Shown here one piece after another: positions 57,033-64,000 of a stretch of 64,000 nucleotides of DNA. The DNA lies in assembly GCF_009834535.1 (NCBI RefSeq), contig NC_045697.1:85314001-85378000 (forward strand). Direction: 5' to 3'. The notes beneath the pieces are model-generated. The model had not been told where the DNA came from. It was given only the letters and a program-made list of their open reading frames with translations, and ran no database searches. How positions within the stretch are numbered: the stretch's first letter is position 1; every line of letters begins with the position of its first letter. The position numbers were made by a program, and so were the translations under genes. Source of the DNA: Camelus ferus. Its lineage: Eukaryota.

Positions 57033-60000
57033 GTGGTTTTATGACTTGCTAGAAGTTACTTGGTGTGGAGGGGTGAGATTGTTTCCATTCTGTTTCTGAA
57101 TTGCTGACAAAGTATATTGTTCATTTCTCATCATTTGAATCCATCTGCTTCATAACACTGCAGATTTACAACTCTTGTTTCAAGGCACCCACATTATCTA
57201 TATTGTAAATGTGGAGGATCACAGAATGTTTTTATTAAGTGAGGACTGAAACAGCAGGACCATTACATAAGCTTCTCAGAACAGGCATGTGTTAAAGAAA
57301 CTAATCACAGAAGCTCAAGTCATGACATTAAGCAGACCCCAAAGAGGGGCATTTACCCTTTATTTGCAAACAGTCATTTTTAGTTGGCCCTTGGTAGAGT
57401 ATAATGTTTGGATAATACATTTAAATGGTAAGGTTTGCCAGCTCCCAATGCCTAGGTTATTACTAATGCATACTTTTTCTTTTTTTATTGCAGTGATAAA
57501 TTTTCCATGGTTATTTTGTGATATGGGCAATAGGAAGTCATTGAATTTTTACAGTTTCAAAATGCATATGCTTTCCAAGACCATGTTATAGCTATGTTTT
57601 CCAGGGACTCCATTCTGATTTGTAAGCAGGCGAAGGCAATGTAAGGGGAAACTTTACTAAAACTAATGTCAACATAAAGAAAAAAAAAAATTGAAGGCTA
57701 AGAGTTTCTTATCTGAAATCAGGTTAAGTTTCAGTGCAGTTTCCTCTTTTGATCCTGATGTCTGCAGTGGTGTCAGCAACCTTGAGTTTATTTATGGCTC
57801 CTTAGTATAATCTAACTATGTGTGAATGCCTGGTACCAGGCTTCCCTGAATGCCTTGGTGATAAAGGTCAGTCCAGAGCAGAATTATAGGGGGGAAATAG
57901 CTATCTTTACTCTGCTCTGTTTGACCTAGCAGTAACATATCTAGCCATATTTAGAAGTGGGCTTCTACAGGAGATGAAAATTTAGAGGTCGATATATAGG
58001 CATATATTTTATTGACATATATACCTAAATAGGTATTTAAATATGGTAAGTTGAATTTGTGGAAGAGGTGATTAAGGTCAAAAATAGTAAAAATCAAAAG
58101 GATTGCAATGGCCCCAGACAGCAATTTTCAGTCATATCATTGGATCTGCAATCAAGGCTAACTCCATAATCAAGGAAAGAAAGTCAATGACCTAGAGGCA
58201 GTTTCCACATTCTTGAGTTTCTGGCACTTAGATTTTAAGAAAACTCAACTGACTCTCTTAAAATTTTGACTTAATACTTGTAAAATTTTCTTAAACAAGA
58301 GAGTCTTTACCTAAACTTGAAGATCAAATATTAAATACAGCTGAAATAACACCCTTAAAGGTTGTCTTGTTTGGTAGCTTCTTTCTTTTATCAGTTGAAA
58401 ATGATGAAAAGATATTTGTTTGTGTTTCTCAATCCTATTTGCTCTGCTAAAACAACATTGCAGCCAAAAGACCCTAATGAAAATTTCCCTGTGACAAGCC
58501 TAAACAATGATCCAATAGGAATGAAAGACCAAACTAATGAGAAAATGATGTAAAAGGCCAGCTTTCTGCTCTCCCCACAAGGATTTTAATTACAGGGAAA
58601 TCAACAGCTGTGCCAGGGGTAACACAGGAGTGCTGGCCATGCAAAATAACACCTTGGAGTGGAATGAATTTAAAGTAAATGGACTGGAAATATTGGCTTT
58701 CCAAGCGATCAACAACAACACATGAGGGGAAACATCGAGCCTTTAATTTGGTCAAGTGTGCTGATCCCAGACTTCTCTGGAGCATCTGACTCCCATGAAT
58801 GTGCAGATTCCTGTGATCCCTGATGAGATGGGAAAATAACCTTTCACATAAACCTCCGTCACAAATCTGGGAAAGCAAGATGGCGTCCTGCCTGGGATCT
58901 CAAAAGCCCTCTGTACTCTCCCCACTGGTGGCATGCATGTTCTCTTGACTCTCTGACTCACCATAGGAGTATGGTATTAGTCTTTGTTGTCACTGCTTTT
59001 TGTATGTCTCAGCTTATGCAGAACATTTTAAATAAAACTGTTATTCTCACTTTAAGAGGGCTTATATCCTTTTCTCTTCCTGATCCTTCTTGTATGAGGG
59101 TTATAGTTGAACTTGCATAAAGAACCTAAAGCCTGCCCTTATTAATCAGCCCCCTAATGAGAAGGCCAGATTTGCTGATGAGCATCTAAAACACTGTTGT
59201 GTCAACCGAGAGTATCATGGGTTTTCTCAAATGGGCTCAACATCATAAAATAATGCAAAATCCAAAGGAAAGAAGAAGCTTTTTTTCAGCTTTTGTGATG
59301 GAACAGAAAACCTGACCTTATTTTTTGTGTGATTATTATTTTACCCTTGATCCACTTCTTGAATGTGCTGTCACACGTTGCAAAATGAAAGAGAATCAAT
59401 CACGCTGAGGGAAGAGACTAGCACTTTAGTTCACCAGTAAGGAGTAGGGCAAGGTGTAGCCCTCTGCACTCTGGGCCCTCCTGTCTTGGGGATGGACAAC
59501 TGTCCATGTGCGGTGACTCTGCCCTGTCCCTCAGGGCTCTCTCTGCTGAGGAAGCAGCTTTGGGAAGTGAAAAAAAAGTCCTTTGTGTTGGAATCAGACT
59601 TGAGTTCAAGGCTCAGCTGTATGAGTTTTGCGGTTTGCTTAACCTTTCTGAGCCTGGGTTTGCTTAACTAAGCACCTTGTCCCTGGTGAACTTCATAGGT
59701 GGAGGAGTTGGCACTGAAACTTAAAGCTGTCTGACTTTAAGCTTGTGCTAATTTAAGTTTTATTTGCTTGGCGAAGATGTGTGTCTCACATGTAGTCAGT
59801 ATAGATGGGCTTAAACATACACAGATTTCATTAAAAATTTCCTTCCCGAATGCTTTGCAAAATTCTAGCTGCTGCTCACTTCATAACAAGATGGCCCTGA
59901 GGTGCCATAACGCTGGGCTCTGGCTGAATGTCCTGTGGCCGTGCTTGAGCTGCAGCTCCCATCTGCTCCCAAGACCCAGGTTCTGCTGTACCCCGAGCCC

Positions 60001-60334
60001 GAGAGGGACATGCTGAGGGGAAGGACGTCTACCTTTTAACATGTGTGCAAAAGTCAGAATCAAAGTCATGGTCCTTTTCTTATTTTACATAAATTTATAT
60101 CATAATGATTGAAACTGCTTCTAAAGAATCAGATACCTTCTTCTTCCTTTCCTGACGAAGCTGAAATATCTGGGACTGAGAAAATATTTGGGCACCTCTC
60201 TGCTGGCTGTATATTGCTCCTGCTGGAGCTAGAAGTTAACCTCAGTAGGCACTTGCCTCAACTTGATTGTCAGAAAGAATAGTTTAGTGTTCAGTAGACT
60301 ATTAGGGTTTCTGGAAGGGGAGTGACTATGTCCG

Positions 60335-61335
60335 GTTTTTCCCTCTGATATACCCAATCATAGAACCAGCCATTTCTCCAAGAAGCCCTGATTCCTTTAT
60401 GGAGAATGGTAGTAGAGACTGCTGTGGCCTGAGTGTTTGTGCCCACTCCAGAATTCTCACGTCGAAAACCTAATACCCAGAGTGGGGCCTTTGGAGTATG
60501 AGTAGGTCACTAGGTCAAGATTAGGTCACGAGCCCACGTGAATGGGACTAGTGCCCTTACAAAAGCGGCCTCAGAGAGCCAGCTCATCCCTTCTGCTGAG
60601 TGAGGACACAGCAAGAAGCTGACTTCTACAACCCTTAAGAGGGCTCCAGAACTTAAGAGCTTCCAGAAGTGCAGGAAGTACATTTCTGCATTTATAAGCT
60701 CCACAGTATGGCATTTTGTTACAGCAGTGCAGGTAGACTGACAGAAACCAAGAACTGGGTGGCAGCTGTGCTTATTGCTACTGGGGCGTCGTTGCTTCGA
60801 TGCCCTCTCACTGACGGAGCACAGAGATATGTGTGTACACTAATCCACGCACATACACATACGGGTAACAGTTTCTATCTGTTACCATCCATATCTGTAC
60901 TATTCTAAACACATGTTTATACTGGCATCTCCAACTCAATTTCATCACCACATGGATTATTCTAGCCTCCTCTCCTTGTTCATCAGTAAACTCCCATTTC
61001 AACAATGAGAAATCTTCCTCCCCAGCTGCCATACATTTACCCAGTTGTCCAATTCCAGTATATATGTATCACGGTTCAGAATTGTTAATACTTACCCTCA
61101 TGGGAAACGACTTCATCCACTGGACTGTAAGGCTCGTGTAAGTTTCTTTTGCTTAGTCTTACAAATTCCATTCATTTCCAAAGGTACTCAGGTCAGCAGC
61201 CTTTCCCATGCATCCCTCTCAGTGGGGTTGTTTCATGCATTTATAATAGTTAGATCCTCTGGCCAACACTGGTATTCTTTTCTCGGATCCCTTGACCTTC
61301 TAAGTGATTTCTTAAAATTTGCATACATTAAACTG
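60335..61335 (-). mobile_element. L1MC-like 3'UTR fragment interrupted by MLT1A
   Basis: cagccatttctccaagaagccctgattcc...ggagaatggta | ccaagaactggg...ttgctactgggg is contiguous across the MLT1 insertion. Confidence 0.7.
60420..60743 (+). mobile_element. MaLR solo LTR (MLT1A-like)
   Basis: tgctgtggcctgagtgtttgtgccc...gaatgggactagtgccctta...gtgaggacacagcaagaag...ttttgttacagcag...gaca; 5-bp TSD gagac/gaaac. Confidence 0.8.
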
Positions 61336-61344
61336 TTCTGTTAG

Positions 61345-62560
61345 AAAATAAAAAAAAGTAAAAATAAATAAGCTAAATGCAAGGAGAATAGAAGGAAGGA
61401 AGCAATAGAACCACATTAGAAGTTAACAAAACATAAAACAAAGAAACTATTTAGAAGAGGAATAAAACTGTCACCCCAAAAGGGGAAGGGAAAAGACCCT
61501 ACGCCTTGTCATACCCAAAAGAAAAAATTAAGGTAGGAGATGGAGTGCTGTGTAGTGAAAGATTTTAAAAGATTTATTAGCAAAGGGAAAGTACACCCCT
61601 AAGAATGGGAGGCAGGCTGATCCGAGGGGGGAAAATGGCAGTCTTTGCTTTTCCCTTTTTCTTATACCCTCGCTTAGAGGTGGTCTTTTGATTGCTTAAC
61701 AAACCTCTAGAATGCTTAGTCATGCTCATCCCCATCTGTGCAAGTCCTTACCCATGAAGTACACAGGAAAACCCATGGTGGGGGATTTAAACCGCAATGC
61801 TAATTATGTTACAATGAACACTAGGTCATGTCCGGTTAGGTCCTTGTAGCTACTGCACAACTGCAATCATCAGATTCTACTTGGTTTCTTGCTGGCACTC
61901 ATTTAAATGAAGTAAAGCCCCTTTTTGCTGCAGGTGGGCATAGTGCCATCTTCCAGACCATCCTCCCTCTCCTCCACCTTAACTGTCTGGTGACCCAACT
62001 CATCTAACTACCTAACAAAACCAGAAGCTGCTTTCTTTAAGAAAAATAAAACAATAGACAAGCTCTTGGGAAGATTTTTTAAAAAATGATTAGCCACAAA
62101 TAATTTTAAATAATAAAGGAAAGAAAATTATAAATATGTAAAATATTTAAGGAACATAATATAATACTATGAACAAATTTGGAGCAGTGCATTTGAAAAT
62201 TTAAGTGAAATGACACATTTTAAAGAAAGTATGAATTAAAATTTTGATTCAGGAAAAAATGGAAAAATCTGAGTAGAATACTATCAGTAAATAAATATAA
62301 TAAAAAGTCACAAAGCTCCAAAGGATAATAGAACCAGATGGTTCACAGGTGTGTTTTATCAAATATTCAAGAAGTCAATAACTCCTAATAGGATACAAAT
62401 TGTTTCTGAAGACAGAGAGAAGGAAAACACTCAAATTAATTTTGTGAAGCGAAGAAAACCTTTACAAGAAAACCAGACAAAGGCAGTCTGAGAAAGAAAA
62501 ATTAGAAGACATTCTCATTCTGGGACATGAAAATATAAATCCAAGACAAATATTTTATGG
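61345..62560 (+). mobile_element. Old L1 ORF2 fragment interrupted by an LTR
   Basis: A-rich; aataaaac|cagaagctgctttctttaagaaaaataaaacaatagacaagctc resembles the ORF2 NKTKSWFFEKINKIDKPL region. Confidence 0.7.
61469..62017 (-). mobile_element. ERV1-class solo LTR
   Basis: TG...CA termini, perfect TSD AAAC (61465-61468, 62018-62021), minus-strand AATAAA (tttatt near 61573). Confidence 0.8.
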
Positions 62561-63564
62561 TTATACTCTATGTATGGTTTTGTAAATAACTTTATATCCT
62601 CTGTGTATTTATATAAAATACACATAATTTTCTTGTAAATACGTATAAAATCAGGACTTGCACAAGAAACCAGATGTTGGCATTCACTGTACATTTTATC
62701 TTACCCAAAATGCAGATGCAATAATCATTTTTATTATCTACCCTTTAAAAATACTTTGCAATTCTTAGTTCTGTCCTCTATAGATCCCTTGAGAGTAGTT
62801 TCATTTTACTTTCAATGGTTACGGCGTTGAACCAGAACTTGGAGTTGCATGAAATGGGAATTCTAAAGGAACTTGCTCAAGCTCTTGTCAGAGAAGAGTA
62901 TCGTGCCGTTTAACCCCGAGAGGACCAAGATCCAGAACCAGTCTCTGCCCTCTTAAGGTGCCTGCCACTCAGTCCCCTCCCTCAACACTCCAAAGCAGCC
63001 TGTAAGGGAGAAAGCCTCAAGGTGGCTTGAAGATGTTTGGAGTGCTGGGTGAACAGGTAAGAGACGCCTTCCTCACTATTCCACCCCTAACAGGAAACTG
63101 GTTAGGATTCAAGGAACATGTAGACTGAAGAACTGTTTTGAAAGAACTTGGTTCCTCGCTCTCACTGTATTAAGTGGGGGGGGGGGGGAGGGTAGGAGTT
63201 TACAAGGGGGACAGTAAAAGAGAAGCCAAGGGATGACCTGCTTTTAACCCAACCTCCGTGTCACGTGGACTCAGGGACAATTTCTACGTAGAGTCTCAGC
63301 TTTACTTGCCAGTGTCAACTTGATTCATGTAGAGCAGAAACACAGAGCCTCCGAAACAGTGTTTCATGTAAATGTTAATGAAAAAATCACCTAAACTGGG
63401 CTTTAGAAACATCTCCTTTTGAACTTACATTTGAATAACCTGTTTGACTGTTGGTGTCCTGTGCGCATTGACCCCTAGGCAGTGCTCCGAATTGCAGGTG
63501 AGCACTCCCGCAAAGGTACTGCTGAGGCGCAGGATGAAGACGAGGGCTGCGAGTATTTCACTTG

Positions 63565-64000
63565 CGTTAAAAAAAAAATTTATTCTGACACTTGTTAAAA
63601 TAGTAAGGTAGACTTTATTCAGGACTGTCACCATAGGTGCAGGGACATCTGTGATGGGGTTTTGCAGTGGGAAAGACTGGGCTCAACTCCAGATACAACA
63701 CAGAAAACTAGGGATTCCTACCCTAAGAGCAGGGTGGGAGGAGGGGTCAGTGGGTGAAAAATTGCTCTGGGAGTATGGTAATTCTGGCTAAACTGACCTA
63801 ACAGGATTCTTGCTGAAGGCAGGCCAGGTGCTAAGATACTATCTGAGGGGTGGTGAGGGAGGAGAAGTTTGCTCAGACATCCAGCGTTATCAGAGTCCAG
63901 GGTGACGGATTCCCACTAAACTGACTTAGCAGGATTCTTGCGAAACCTGGGCTATGCCAGCCCTCCCAAGATGGACGCTGAAGGTTCAGGTCTACGCAGC
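63565..64000 (-). mobile_element. MER31-like ERV1 LTR (runs off the window)
   Basis: gacacttgttaaaa...gactttattcaggac...gggctcaactcc...ggctaaactgacctaacaggattcttgctgaag, internally repeated as aaactgacttagcaggattcttg. Confidence 0.78.

Noticed and set aside
3560..64000. Exons of the neighbouring gene (NDNF expected from human synteny)
   Set aside because: No NDNF-like peptide in the ORF track; it presumably lies beyond the window.

Overview
Mammalian, not microbial, genomic DNA. The tRNA-derived SINEs and L1 3' ends look camelid (alpaca/camel-like); this is recognised from memory, not from a database search. The only supportable protein-coding sequence is coding exon 1 of PRDM5 on the minus strand (2890-2982, [31 protein letters not shown], ending at a GT donor). 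It lies in a CpG island with a CCAAT/GC-box promoter. Bases 1-2889 are PRDM5 intron 1. The other ~60 kb is AT-rich upstream intergenic DNA full of transposon fossils: about eight ERV-type LTRs (one with a primer-binding site and gag-like remnant), L1/L2/MIR fragments, young SINEs with intact TSDs, Tigger1 and hAT/Zaphod DNA transposons, and microsatellites. I see no evidence for a novel gene system. The best leads are regulatory: an intact solo LTR with a phased CCAAT array and two octamers oriented toward PRDM5, candidate uORFs in the PRDM5 leader, a MER41-like LTR nested in a Zaphod fossil, and an apparently twin-primed L1 insertion. Repeat family names and most boundaries are approximate.
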